Shown piece by piece: positions 1-9,560 of a DNA stretch of 64,000 nucleotides (the stretch's first letter is position 1; each line of letters begins with the position of its first letter). The stretch is taken from the IMG/VR virus record IMGVR_UViG_3300046003_007892, positions 124,001 through 188,000 of that record, one strand, 5' to 3'. The notes under the pieces were generated by a model. That model was not told where the DNA came from. It ran no database searches and saw only the letters and a list, made by a program, of their open reading frames with translations. Position numbers and translations under genes: made by a program.

Positions 1-219
1 GGTCTGGTGGCTGAGATAAAACGAGATGCAGTCCGTGTGGGTCTCGAAGTTGACGGTGAAAATCAGGAAAGCGTCATCGGCCACGGAGATGACGTCAATG
101 TCCTTGAACTGATACCACAAGGTCTGCCCGCGATACCTAGAGCGTACTTCGCAGAAATCTTTCACGCTGCCGGTCATATAGAACCGGTAGGCAAACGGTT
201 CTCCGGTCTCGAACTTCAC
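1..219 (-). CDS. Hypothetical protein, 3'-truncated by window edge; member of small F-x4-D-x3-F-x-L family
   Basis: GTG at 219 overlaps the TGA of 216..446; open to the window edge; contains NFETHTDCISFYLSH. Confidence 0.6.
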   Translation of the reverse strand, partial: MKFETGEPFAYRFYMTGSVKDFCEVRSRYRGQTLWYQFKDIDVISVADDAFLIFTVNFETHTDCISFYLSHQT

Positions 220-446
220 TGGCCGACCATCTTGATGTGGCTGATTCGACATTCGGCGGCGTGACGGAGGAAGAACTCGACGGCGGCAGCCTCGCTCTCG
301 AACTCTTTGTTCACGACGAAATAAATCGTGCTGTCTTCCTCTACAATGGTTCCCTTGGTGAGACCAGTGGTGACGAGGACATCGACATCCCCGGTGAGAA
401 ACATGTCCTTCAACGGTCGCAAAAAGAACCGATACCGGTAGGCCAT
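216..446 (-). CDS. Hypothetical protein (small-family member)
   Basis: ATG 446 in ATGA overlap with upstream stop; EFESEAAAVEFFLRH. Confidence 0.7.
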   Translation of the reverse strand: MAYRYRFFLRPLKDMFLTGDVDVLVTTGLTKGTIVEEDSTIYFVVNKEFESEAAAVEFFLRHAAECRISHIKMVGQ

Positions 447-931
447 CAGTCTTCGGTGTTCTCGGTCAGCCCCATGAGCATGACGAGTCGCTCCCATTGG
501 CCCCGGTAGTCGTCGTTAGCCAGGATGGCGTCGAGCATGATCTGGAAGTCGCAACCCTTCTCGGCCGCGTTCAGGATGTTGGTCACCATGTCGATGTCGG
601 ACTGGTTGTTCTCCGTCGAGGCAAGCTCGCTGTCGAGTTCCTCTGACCGGGTAAACTGCCAACGCAGAGGGATTCGCCGCTCTAGCCCGCCCATGGAGAG
701 CATATTGAAGAAATTGCTGACCCGCTCGTTATTGCTACGCAGAAGAGCCACGTGTTCGGCGTGCTGGGACTTCAGTCTCGTGATCTCCGACATCCACCGT
801 TGCTCGGCGGCCTGCTCGATGGCGAAAGTGTCGGGAGTCTGCGAGGCCATCTGGATGAGGGCGGCGCGGAGATCATCAGAGCCGCCCTGCGAGTTGAGGG
901 CGTCGTTCATGTCGTCGTTGGTTTGGGTCAT
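446..931 (-). CDS. Hypothetical protein
   Basis: 161-aa ORF, AAGGA SD, coupled to the downstream ORF. Confidence 0.7.
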   Translation of the reverse strand: MTQTNDDMNDALNSQGGSDDLRAALIQMASQTPDTFAIEQAAEQRWMSEITRLKSQHAEHVALLRSNNERVSNFFNMLSMGGLERRIPLRWQFTRSEELDSELASTENNQSDIDMVTNILNAAEKGCDFQIMLDAILANDDYRGQWERLVMLMGLTENTED

Positions 932-951
932 TCGTCCTTTCGGCCGACGAC

Positions 952-1263
952 TTAAGCGGTCGGCTCGGTGGTGATCTTCACGCTATGCTGGCCGTGTTGG
1001 GCGCAGAAAGCGGTAGCGCGATCAACGCGCTGGTTTGCGACTTCACGGGGGTAGGTCCCCACGGTGGCGCGCTTCTTGTCCTGAATGGTCGCCGCCAGGG
1101 ACTTGGCCTCGGAGGCTTCCTTGTAGAAGATGGCCGCCAGCAGGGCGATCAGGAACTGCGGCGGCGCCGGGGTTCCATCCTCATTGTGAACGATGACGCG
1201 CCACAGCTTCGGCATCGAGAGCCGTTGCTTGGTACGGGATTCGGTCATCGTATCGTCGGACAA
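952..1263 (-). CDS. clpS: ClpS-like protease adaptor (divergent)
   Basis: PKLWRVIVHNEDGT...IF...A...ATVGTYPREVA...KITTEP follows the ClpS pattern; start could be ATG 1248. Confidence 0.8.
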   Translation of the reverse strand: MSDDTMTESRTKQRLSMPKLWRVIVHNEDGTPAPPQFLIALLAAIFYKEASEAKSLAATIQDKKRATVGTYPREVANQRVDRATAFCAQHGQHSVKITTEPTA

Positions 1264-1320
1264 GGGACACCTCTGAAAAACTTGAAATCAGAGCATGACC
1301 CCAAAACGCGATTTGGTCAA

Positions 1321-1352
1321 CTAAAAAAGACGGCCCCGAGAGGCCGCCTCCT
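1321..1352 (-). terminator. Intrinsic terminator after rpsU
   Basis: Minus strand GGCGGCC-tctcgg-GGCCGTC followed by T6. Confidence 0.85.
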
Positions 1353-1579
1353 TATGCGTTCTCGGCAGCGAGACGCTTGGCTTTGGCGACCCGGCGCGTG
1401 CCTTCGGCTGCCTTGCGACGACGAACCGTGGACGGTTTCTCGAAGAATTGGCGAGCACGAATTTCCTTGAGAATGCCCTCTTGCTTGACCTTGCGGTTCA
1501 GCAAACGGATGGCCTTCTCAATGTTGTTGTTGCGGACTTCGACCAGAAGGCCCCGCTTTTCAAAAGACTTTACAGCCAC
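1352..1579 (-). CDS. rpsU: Ribosomal protein bS21
   Basis: VEVRNNNIEKAIRLLNRKVKQEGILKEIRARQFFEKPSTVRRRK; GGAG SD; GTG start. Confidence 0.95.
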   Translation of the reverse strand: MAVKSFEKRGLLVEVRNNNIEKAIRLLNRKVKQEGILKEIRARQFFEKPSTVRRRKAAEGTRRVAKAKRLAAENA

Positions 1580-1620
1580 GAAAATAACTCCAAGTATTAC
1601 CCCTGCGGCAATACTATGAA

Positions 1621-1650
1621 ATTATAGGTCTTTACTGTATTGGTTGTCAA
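1621..1650 (-). promoter_or_regulatory. Sigma70-type promoter for rpsU
   Basis: TTGACA-N18-TATAAT on minus strand. Confidence 0.8.
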
Positions 1651-1653
1651 ATA

Positions 1654-2190
1654 TTATTGATGGCGTTCTTTGTAGATGTCAGCCTTCGACTTGACCGGAG
1701 CCAGGACGGCTTGCATGTCGCGACCACCATCGGCGAGGGGTTTGTCGAGCTTGTGCTCTCCGACCATCCCAAGGAAGGAATCGACTGTCGCTCGACCGAT
1801 ATCCTTGTGGGCCCGTTCGCGGCCACGGAAGCGGACCACGATCTTGACCTTGTTGCCTTCAGCGAGGAACCCTGCGGCCCGCTTCGCCTTGACGAGAAGA
1901 TCGTTGTCGTCGGTGCCCGGCCGTAGCTGAACTTCCTTGACCTCAATCGTTAGCTCCCGCTGGCGGCGGGCAAGCTCTCGCTCCTGTTTCTTTTTCTCGA
2001 AGACAAACTTCCCGGCGTCCATGATGCGGCAGACCGGGATATCCCCGCTCCCGATTTGAACAACGTCAAGGCCTTGGTGGCGGGCACTGTTGAGGGCTTC
2101 CTTCAACAGATACACACCCATCTGCTTGCCGCTGTCATCTACCAACCGGACCTTCAGGGCCCGGATTTTATCATTCACGAATACGCTCAC
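1654..2190 (-). CDS. infC: Translation initiation factor IF-3
   Basis: VNDKIRALKVRLVD...VCRIMDAGKF...KEVQLRPGTDDND...NKVKIVVRFRGRE; GTG start. Confidence 0.97.
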   Translation of the reverse strand: MSVFVNDKIRALKVRLVDDSGKQMGVYLLKEALNSARHQGLDVVQIGSGDIPVCRIMDAGKFVFEKKKQERELARRQRELTIEVKEVQLRPGTDDNDLLVKAKRAAGFLAEGNKVKIVVRFRGRERAHKDIGRATVDSFLGMVGEHKLDKPLADGGRDMQAVLAPVKSKADIYKERHQ

Positions 2191-2198
2191 GCGAGAGT

Positions 2199-3479
2199 TT
2201 AGCTTTCTACTACGACTGGGGTTGGGGTTGGCTCCACCGGCTTAGTCGGCCCAGTCGGGGAGTGTTCGAGGTGCGGTTGCTCGTGATTGGTCACGACGCC
2301 CTCGTGGACCCGAACCGTTCCGACGCCGTCGTTGCGGAGATCGGGAAGGCGGAACTGGGTCTTCATCAGGATAGTTTCGATGACGCTGCGGAGGCCGCGT
2401 GCGCCGGTCTTTTGGTCGATGGCCCGCTTGGCGATAGCCAGGAGGGCGTTGTCTTCGAAGACGAGATCGACTTCGTCGATCTTGAACAGCTTGGCGAACT
2501 GACGGATGACCGCGTTCTTCGGCTTGGTGAGGATGTGGACCAGTTGCTCCTCAGAGAGTTCATCGAGCACGGCGATGACCGGTAGGCGGCCAACCATTTC
2601 AGGGATGAGGCCGAACTTGACGAGATGGCTGGGCTGGATGTGGACCATGACTTCCGACAGCGGGCGATTGCCCTTGGCGCCGACGTTTGAAGCCGAGAAC
2701 CCGATGGTCGCGCCGGATTTCTCCATGTCCTTCTGAACGACCTTGTCGAGACCGACGAAGGCGCCGCCAACGATGAACAGGATGTTCTTGGTGTTGATCT
2801 TGATCATCGTGTGGTTGGCATTCTTCTTGCCACCCGAAGGAGGAACGTAAACTTCCGAGCCTTCGATGATCTTCAGCAGGGCCTGCTGCACGCCCTCGCC
2901 CGACACGTCGCGCGTTCCTGAGCCGCCAGCTTCCTTGGCTTTTTTCTTGTCGATCTCGTCGATGTAGATGATGCCCCGCTCGGCTTTCTCGACGTCGTGG
3001 TTGCACGACTGAAGGAGACGAGTGATGATCGACTCGACGTCGTCACCCACGTATCCGGCTTCGGTCAGCGAGGTCGCATCGGCGATGGCGAACGGGACGT
3101 CCAGGTAACGGGCGATGGACTGGGCGATCAGAGTCTTGCCCGAGCCAGTCGGGCCCAGCAAGAGGATGTTGGATTTTTCGATTTCGACGTCGTCGATGAT
3201 CGGATATTCAAGACGCTTGTAGTGGTTGTAGACCGCTACGGCGAGGGTCTCTTTGGCCGAATCCTGGCCGATGACGTATTGGTCGAGATGGTCTTTGATT
3301 GTCTGAGGGGTGGGGAGGGATTTCTTTTCCACCTCTTCGTTGGATTTGACCGTCTCGTTCATGACGGAGAGGCAAAGGTTTACGCACTCATCACAGATAT
3401 AGACACTGGGTCCGGCGATCAACTTTTTCACTTCCGTTGCGCTCTTCGAGCAGAAGGAGCAGTGCAGGGAATCAGACAT
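2199..3479 (-). CDS. clpX: ClpX AAA+ unfoldase
   Basis: Zn finger CSFC..ICDEC, Walker [36 protein letters not shown] loop, TGARGLR. Confidence 0.98.
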   Translation of the reverse strand: MSDSLHCSFCSKSATEVKKLIAGPSVYICDECVNLCLSVMNETVKSNEEVEKKSLPTPQTIKDHLDQYVIGQDSAKETLAVAVYNHYKRLEYPIIDDVEIEKSNILLLGPTGSGKTLIAQSIARYLDVPFAIADATSLTEAGYVGDDVESIITRLLQSCNHDVEKAERGIIYIDEIDKKKAKEAGGSGTRDVSGEGVQQALLKIIEGSEVYVPPSGGKKNANHTMIKINTKNILFIVGGAFVGLDKVVQKDMEKSGATIGFSASNVGAKGNRPLSEVMVHIQPSHLVKFGLIPEMVGRLPVIAVLDELSEEQLVHILTKPKNAVIRQFAKLFKIDEVDLVFEDNALLAIAKRAIDQKTGARGLRSVIETILMKTQFRLPDLRNDGVGTVRVHEGVVTNHEQPHLEHSPTGPTKPVEPTPTPVVVES

Positions 3480-3509
3480 TTCAAATCCTTACTGGGAATA
3501 CTGTAGTAG

Positions 3510-3516
3510 TATTTAG
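3510..3516 (-). promoter_or_regulatory. Late-type promoter CTAAATA upstream of clpX
   Basis: Motif recurs 13 times upstream of genes; here followed by an SD-containing leader. Confidence 0.65.
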
Positions 3517-3546
3517 GAAAGCCGAGGCGGCTTCAATAATTACGAC

Positions 3547-4752
3547 CTAGGACGGGTCATTATCCCGTGGTTGAAAGTTTTCAGCCGTAAGCCACCCAGT
3601 ATCGACCATTTCTTGCTCAGATTTGTCGCTTTCGTGAACGGCGGCGACAATTTCTTCCAGGAGGTGAGGATTGTTTTCCAGGATGGTAAGCACCTGTTCC
3701 TTGGCCGATACTGAACTTTCTTCGGCAACTGTGGACTGAATTTCCGGCTCAGCTTCGGGTGTGTCCGCTACCGTATCGTCTTGACTCGCCAGAGCTTCTT
3801 TGGCAGCGATTTCAAAAATCGATGGTTCCTGGAGGAATGCCGATAGGCGTTCGTTCGGTGCCGGGACGAGTGGGATGACATCCTCGTAGGAAACCGGTCG
3901 TTCATCTTCCGGGATGAAGTCGTCCTCTGGGGAATCTTCTTCGATGACATCGGTCTCGCTGAGGTCTTCCTCGACTGGTTCCTGAACGGCTTCCACGACC
4001 ACCGGCTTCGGTTGGCGAGAACGTGACCATTCTCCAAGCGTGATCGTGCCTGAGATCATCAGGACGATAGCCAGAGGGTCGAAGGCGAACATCAGTGTTC
4101 CGATGACGGCTTGAACGGCTGCCGTGGGGTCTTTGAAGCCCATGGTGGTCAGGGGGCCCAGCTTGGCGGTGGCGGCGTTGGCCTGACTCCGCAAAGGTGC
4201 CATCTCGACGTTCTTGGCGGTGATCTGCGCGTTCAGGGCGGCGATCTCTCTGGAGATGCGATCACGGTCCCGGCGTTGTTGGCTCATGAACGTCGTTGCG
4301 CCCCTGGCCGAGCCGCCCGCAAGATAGGTGTCCACGGTCTTGTTGATGTTGGCTTGCTGGCGTTCCAGTTCCGTCCGTTGGGCGAGCAACTGGTCAAGTT
4401 GAGCCTGATGACTTTCAACCTGCATCGTGATCTCGGCCGCAGGCGCCTTCTGGTCGAGATGGGCCTTCATCAGATAGCCGTAGATGCCCAAGCTCGTGAT
4501 CAGCATCAGGGCGATGACCGCTGCGCAGAGGTAGAAGCGGTGGAACTTGCTGACGAGGGGGTTCTTCCAGTTGGAATGGACCCAACCCGCAGCGACGAGC
4601 TTGCTGACTTCGAGGACGACGCCCATGATGGCGACCGGCAAGAATGCAGCCGAGAACAAAGCAGCCAGTCCGACCACGCTGAAATAAGCCGCAACAGCGG
4701 AGATCGCCACGGCACAAAACAGGGTCAAGGACCCGACGAGAAGTTTTTGCAA
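3547..4752 (-). CDS. Membrane protein with coiled coil and acidic tail
   Basis: N-terminal hydrophobic helices, Q/E-rich heptads, further TM segment, D/E-rich C-terminus; start uncertain. Confidence 0.75.
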   Translation of the reverse strand: MQKLLVGSLTLFCAVAISAVAAYFSVVGLAALFSAAFLPVAIMGVVLEVSKLVAAGWVHSNWKNPLVSKFHRFYLCAAVIALMLITSLGIYGYLMKAHLDQKAPAAEITMQVESHQAQLDQLLAQRTELERQQANINKTVDTYLAGGSARGATTFMSQQRRDRDRISREIAALNAQITAKNVEMAPLRSQANAATAKLGPLTTMGFKDPTAAVQAVIGTLMFAFDPLAIVLMISGTITLGEWSRSRQPKPVVVEAVQEPVEEDLSETDVIEEDSPEDDFIPEDERPVSYEDVIPLVPAPNERLSAFLQEPSIFEIAAKEALASQDDTVADTPEAEPEIQSTVAEESSVSAKEQVLTILENNPHLLEEIVAAVHESDKSEQEMVDTGWLTAENFQPRDNDPS

Positions 4753-4756
4753 AGGT

Positions 4757-5143
4757 TTAGCCTTCTTTCACCAAAGTCAGGCCATGCTCACGATCAAGGA
4801 ACTTGTATTCAACCTTGACTGTCTCAAACACGCCTAGAGCTTCGATCACCATATCTGTGTCTAGCTCAGAGCAGGTGTAAAGATCAAATTGAAGAACAGC
4901 CGGAACGCATTCGTCCCATGAGTGCATGCCGATGTGGCTAGTCTCAATGATGGCGTCGGCGGTCAGTCCACGATTACCTTCTACTGGACAATAACGTGCA
5001 CGCGGCGCGGCGAGTTCTTTCATCCCGATATCCTTGATCAGCTTGGACATCCAAGCACAAACAGCGGCAATGTCCTTCTCCAGCGGAGGATTCATGACCT
5101 CGGCGCGGACAATGAGGTGTTGGTGGCGGTTATCGGGTGTCAT
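4757..5143 (-). CDS. speD: Pyruvoyl-dependent AdoMet decarboxylase-like proenzyme
   Basis: IIETSHIGMHSWDE...FDLYTC matches the ESH.S.HTWPE...DxFTC pattern. Confidence 0.85.
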   Translation of the reverse strand: MTPDNRHQHLIVRAEVMNPPLEKDIAAVCAWMSKLIKDIGMKELAAPRARYCPVEGNRGLTADAIIETSHIGMHSWDECVPAVLQFDLYTCSELDTDMVIEALGVFETVKVEYKFLDREHGLTLVKEG

Positions 5144-5212
5144 TATTCGTGAACGACCTCTCTAAAAGTAGTGGAACCGGAAATACTATCTAGGTTGTAG
5201 TATAGGTGCGAA

Positions 5213-5743
5213 TTAAATCGCGGTGACTGTGATGGCCGCTTCGGCTGCGGCAAGGTTTGCCGCCAGAGAACCCACGTCGATCTTCTCGATGCGAGTGCCA
5301 AAGCGGGCAACGTTGGTCGTGAGGCCAGCGTCATTCTCGGAGGCGGTTGCGGTGGGGTCGAAATAGTCTCCAGACTCGATACGGTTCGTCAGCAGAGAGC
5401 GGGCGATCACGCGCTTGAGCGCAGCGGCGCCGACCAGACCTTCGGCAGCCAAGCAATCCTCGCCGTGTTCGCTCACCAGAGTGAACGCGAACGTGGTGGC
5501 GTCCGTGTTGGCGTCAGCGTCCGACGTCACCGAGGTGACGTAGAGGTTGCCCATCATGCCCAGCATCCCGATCATCATTTCGTAGCGGGAGTTGCCGCGT
5601 TCCTTGGCGAGAGATGCGGCAACATCGGCAGCGAAATCGTCTTCGGCCATGTATTGTTCGATTTTTTTATTGTCGATGAAACCGTCGCCATCGGTTGCCC
5701 CGACCAGCGTTGTGATTTCAACTTCATAGGTTTTGCTCGCCAT
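5213..5743 (-). CDS. Hypothetical protein, probably virion structural
   Basis: Ala/Thr-rich ORF with GGAG SD, downstream of ATAAATA. Confidence 0.7.
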   Translation of the reverse strand: MASKTYEVEITTLVGATDGDGFIDNKKIEQYMAEDDFAADVAASLAKERGNSRYEMMIGMLGMMGNLYVTSVTSDADANTDATTFAFTLVSEHGEDCLAAEGLVGAAALKRVIARSLLTNRIESGDYFDPTATASENDAGLTTNVARFGTRIEKIDVGSLAANLAAAEAAITVTAI

Positions 5744-5768
5744 GGGGTATCTCCAGAATCCAGTCAGT

Positions 5769-5775
5769 TATTTAT
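5769..5775 (-). promoter_or_regulatory. Late-type promoter ATAAATA
   Basis: Recurrent motif. Confidence 0.6.
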
Positions 5776-5862
5776 CGTAATGCACTGTCCACGATTGTAT
5801 TTTGACTGTCGGGACTCTGCTTTGATAAATGGTTTGCAGACACCCTGTGTAAACGAGACCTA

Positions 5863-7731
5863 ATGACAACGACCAAAGAGTGGAAAAAGCTCAGCCCATA
5901 TCAACAAGCCCGCCAACGGACAGAGATGTGGCTAGGCTCACGCGACCCCCATACGCAATCCATTCTCGAATATACCGAGGATGGACCGGTCTCGGTTTCG
6001 ACGACCTGGGTCCCGGCCCTGTTCACCGCGTTCCGCGAACTCTTCGACAACGCTCTCGACGAAGTCGTCTCGCACGGCAACGGTGACCGCATCGACGTCA
6101 GCTATGATGAGACCAGCAAGGTGTTCAGCATCCGAGACAACGGACGCGGTGTCCCCATCGAATGGGACGAGACCGAACAGAAATATGCCGCCACCGTCCT
6201 CCTATCTGAGCAGAACGCGGGACGGAACTTCGAGGATGACCGTGGTGCGACTCGCGGTCTGAATGGCGTCGGCGGCGCCGTGGTCAATTTCACCTCGGAA
6301 TATTTCCTCGCACACATCATTCGTGGCGGTCAGTCCTTCACCCAGAGGTTCGTCGAAGGTTTGGAGCACGTCGCCGAAGACCCCGTCATCCTTCCGGCCA
6401 AGAAATCCGACGTCAACGGGACCCGCATCGAGTTCAAGCTCTCGAAGAAAGTCTTCAAGGACATGCGCCTGCCCGAATCGTTCATTCGTTCGCGAATGTT
6501 CGAGGCCGCCCTCTGCTACCCGAATCTCAAGATTTTCTACAACGGCAAGCAGGTGAAAACGCGCGGCGTCGAGAAAGACCTGTTCCCGAAAAGGAAGCCC
6601 ATCACGGTCGAGATCGACGAGCCCGGTTTCCGCTCACGCTTCTGGTTGGTCCCGCAGTTCTTTGCCGATGGAACCGAGACCTCCCACAGTCTCGTCAACG
6701 CCATCCCGATGTTCAATGGCGGCGTGCACATCGACACCTTCAAGCGGATGTTCTTCTCCGGGCTCATCAACGCGCTGGCCAAGGAATCGAAAAAGCGCAA
6801 GCTGACGCCGAACCGCTCCGACCTCGCGGACGGAATGCTGATCTACAACATCACCGAGATGGATGCCCCGCATTTCGACAGCCAGTCGAAGACCCGAGTC
6901 ATCAACGAAGGGGTGAACAAGATCGTCACCGCCGCGCTCGACAACCCGGATTTCTTCAAGAACGTCATCCGCAAAAATGGTGAATGGATTGAGGACGTCT
7001 ACAAGCGGTGCGCCGAGCGGACCCTGAAGAAAGAATCGTCGGAAATCTCCAAGCTGGCCAAGAAGGGCGGCAAGGTCCGCGTGGCCAAACTCAAGGACGC
7101 CACCCACTCCGACCGCCAGCAGTGCAGCCTCTACATCACCGAGGGCGATTCGGCCGTTGGTGGTCTCGTCGATGCCCGCGACGCCCGCATCCATGCCGCC
7201 ATGCCCCTGAAGGGGAAGGTGATGAATGTGCACGGCATGTCGCCCAAGCAGATTTACGAGAACGAAGAACTGGCCAGGATGATGAACGCCATCGGGCTCG
7301 TGCCCGGCCAGCGCGTGAACCGCCATCTGCTCCGCTATGGCCGCGTCTACATCACCTGCGACGCCGACGAGGACGGTAAGTCGATCACCGGCCTGCTGAC
7401 CAACTTCTTCTACCTGAACTGGCCGGAGCTTTTCGAGGCCGACCGCCCGTTCATCCACGTCTTCGACACCCCGCTCATCATTGCGGCGAAAGGCAAAGAG
7501 CGGAAGTATTGGTACGCCGACAATGAGCACACGTTCAAGCAGGAAGATTTCAAGGGCTGGGAGATCACCCGTGCCAAGGGTCTGGCCCAGTTGAAGAAAC
7601 CGGACTGGCAGTTCGCGCTCAATAATCCGAAGTCCATCCCGCTCACCGATGACGGCGACCTCAATGCCGCCTTGTCACTGATCTTTGACCCCAAAAAAGC
7701 CGACGCCCGCAAAGAGTGGATTGGCATCTAA
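5863..7731 (+). CDS. DNA topoisomerase II large (ATPase+TOPRIM) subunit, T4 gp39/60-like
   Basis: FRELFDNALDE, DNGRGVP, GLNGVG, EGDSA, PLKGK, DADEDG. Confidence 0.97.
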   Translation: MTTTKEWKKLSPYQQARQRTEMWLGSRDPHTQSILEYTEDGPVSVSTTWVPALFTAFRELFDNALDEVVSHGNGDRIDVSYDETSKVFSIRDNGRGVPIEWDETEQKYAATVLLSEQNAGRNFEDDRGATRGLNGVGGAVVNFTSEYFLAHIIRGGQSFTQRFVEGLEHVAEDPVILPAKKSDVNGTRIEFKLSKKVFKDMRLPESFIRSRMFEAALCYPNLKIFYNGKQVKTRGVEKDLFPKRKPITVEIDEPGFRSRFWLVPQFFADGTETSHSLVNAIPMFNGGVHIDTFKRMFFSGLINALAKESKKRKLTPNRSDLADGMLIYNITEMDAPHFDSQSKTRVINEGVNKIVTAALDNPDFFKNVIRKNGEWIEDVYKRCAERTLKKESSEISKLAKKGGKVRVAKLKDATHSDRQQCSLYITEGDSAVGGLVDARDARIHAAMPLKGKVMNVHGMSPKQIYENEELARMMNAIGLVPGQRVNRHLLRYGRVYITCDADEDGKSITGLLTNFFYLNWPELFEADRPFIHVFDTPLIIAAKGKERKYWYADNEHTFKQEDFKGWEITRAKGLAQLKKPDWQFALNNPKSIPLTDDGDLNAALSLIFDPKKADARKEWIGI

Positions 7732-7734
7732 GAC

Positions 7735-9078
7735 ATGAAAACTTCAGAATATATTCTCAAGACCAACCGCGAATATTCCCTCTACGTCTGCTCGCAGCGG
7801 GCCATCCCCAATATCGAAGACGGGCTCAAACCCTCTCAGCGGATGCCGTTGTGGCTGCTGCGGAACAAGGCCGGGAAGATCAAGGTCTCGGCTCTCTCGG
7901 GCATGCTGGCGGCCGAGAAAATCTACAATCACGGTGAGATGTCGGCCAACAACGCCATCTCCCTCCTGGCGGCGCCGTTCAAGAACAACAACTGCCTCAT
8001 CGAAGGCGTCGGTATGTTCGGCAGCCGCGTGGTTCCCGATGGCATCGGGGCCCCTCGTTATGTCGAGGTCGCCCGTGCCGCCATCTCAGAGAAGGTTCTC
8101 TACCGGGACCTCGATCTCGTTCCCCAGACGGAGAACTACGACGCTTCGACCATGCAGCCCATCCACATGCTGCCCATCATCCCTCTGGTGCTCCTCAACG
8201 GCATTGAGGGCATCGCGGTCGGTTGGTCCACCTCCATCCTGCCCAGGTCTCTGAAGGCCATCGTAGACGCCAGCATCGCCGCCCTTGAAGGCAAGAAGAT
8301 CAAGACCCTGGTGCCCCACTACGGCCGGTATGACGTCAGCGTCGCGCCTCTGGCCGTCAACCAGTGGGAAATCCGTGGCAAGGTCAAGATCGAAGACACC
8401 TCGACGATTCGCGTCACCGAGCTTCCTCCGGGCCTGCACGTCGAGAACTTCCTCAAGCGTCTCGACGAGATGGAAGACCGCGATCAGATCACCGGCTTCA
8501 CCGACAACTCATCCGAGGCCATCGACATCGTCGTCCGTTTCAAGCGCGGCACCCTGAAAGCATGGGACGAGGAGTCGGCCATCGACTTCCTCAAGCTGAA
8601 GGAGAAAGTCACCGAGCGCATCACCGTCGTCGATTTCGGCGGGCAGTCCATCCGCACCTATGAGAATGCCGAAGAGGTCGTCAAGGCTTTCGTCCAGTGG
8701 CGTCTGGGTTGGTATTCAAAGCGGTTCGACAAGATGCTCGCCGACGCCGTCTATGAGGTCAACTACTGGCGAGTCCTCAAGGCCCTGTTCGATGACGGCT
8801 TCACCAAACGACTCGGCACGTTCGCCGACAGGTCAGCCGTTGAAGCCGACGTCGAAAAGGTCTCGAAGAAGGTTAAGCTCAACCTGGACGCCAAGCAGTT
8901 GGACCGTGTCGTCAACCTCCCGACCTACCGGTGGACGAAGGCGTTCGAGGCCGACGTGGATGCCAAGATCATCGACATCGACGGGGCCATCTCCGACTAT
9001 CAGGCCATTCTGTCATCGCCGGACCTCCTCAAGTCCGTCTACGCGGGGGAACTCGACGAACTGCGGAAGAAAATCTGA
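7735..9078 (+). CDS. DNA topoisomerase II breakage-reunion subunit, T4 gp52-like
   Basis: RAIPNIEDGLKPSQR, YNHGEMS, GAPRY (catalytic Tyr), LLNGIEGIAVGWST; no CTD. Confidence 0.97.
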   Translation: MKTSEYILKTNREYSLYVCSQRAIPNIEDGLKPSQRMPLWLLRNKAGKIKVSALSGMLAAEKIYNHGEMSANNAISLLAAPFKNNNCLIEGVGMFGSRVVPDGIGAPRYVEVARAAISEKVLYRDLDLVPQTENYDASTMQPIHMLPIIPLVLLNGIEGIAVGWSTSILPRSLKAIVDASIAALEGKKIKTLVPHYGRYDVSVAPLAVNQWEIRGKVKIEDTSTIRVTELPPGLHVENFLKRLDEMEDRDQITGFTDNSSEAIDIVVRFKRGTLKAWDEESAIDFLKLKEKVTERITVVDFGGQSIRTYENAEEVVKAFVQWRLGWYSKRFDKMLADAVYEVNYWRVLKALFDDGFTKRLGTFADRSAVEADVEKVSKKVKLNLDAKQLDRVVNLPTYRWTKAFEADVDAKIIDIDGAISDYQAILSSPDLLKSVYAGELDELRKKI

Positions 9079-9256
9079 TGGTGGTGTTCGTCGTCGGAAC
9101 CGCGCTGTTCCTGTCTGTCATCATCGGCGTTCTCGCGGCCAAATGAATACGGTGTGACCGGGTCCTGCGGGGTCCGGTCATCGGTCGTGTCCTACCAGCT
9201 AACATTTTTTGGGTAGGGTATTGCGGCTCAATCGGCTTCACCGTATAGGTTCGGAA

Positions 9257-9529
9257 ATGATAGTAGATTTCGTACCCCCAACAAAAAAATATCGTTTTGG
9301 AACAGCGAGTAAGAGTGCGCGGCTCACCGACAGCATCGTGATTGCGATTCGTCAGGCTGACCCGAGAATTTCGTGCAAAACCCTTGGCGAACGCTACGGA
9401 TGTTCGCACGTTTCGGTATGGAAGGCCCGCACAGGCGCGTCCTGGAAGCACGTCCCCATGTACGCCCCCGTGATCGATCATTCGCTGGACGGTGAAACCG
9501 GTTACCTCGAACTCCAAACCGGGACTTGA
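9257..9529 (+). CDS. Stand-alone HTH resembling the DNA-binding tail of HNH homing endonucleases
   Basis: ARLTDSIVIAIR...TLGERYGCSHVSVWKARTGASWKHV. Confidence 0.6.
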   Translation: MIVDFVPPTKKYRFGTASKSARLTDSIVIAIRQADPRISCKTLGERYGCSHVSVWKARTGASWKHVPMYAPVIDHSLDGETGYLELQTGT

Positions 9530-9560
9530 AGGAGTCGGAAATGCCATCTATCGTGGCACC

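Noticed and set aside
5863-9529. Intein/intron in topoisomerase, or an active homing endonuclease
   Set aside because: Both subunits are continuous and of normal length; the 9257 ORF has only an HTH tail and no HNH catalytic motif.
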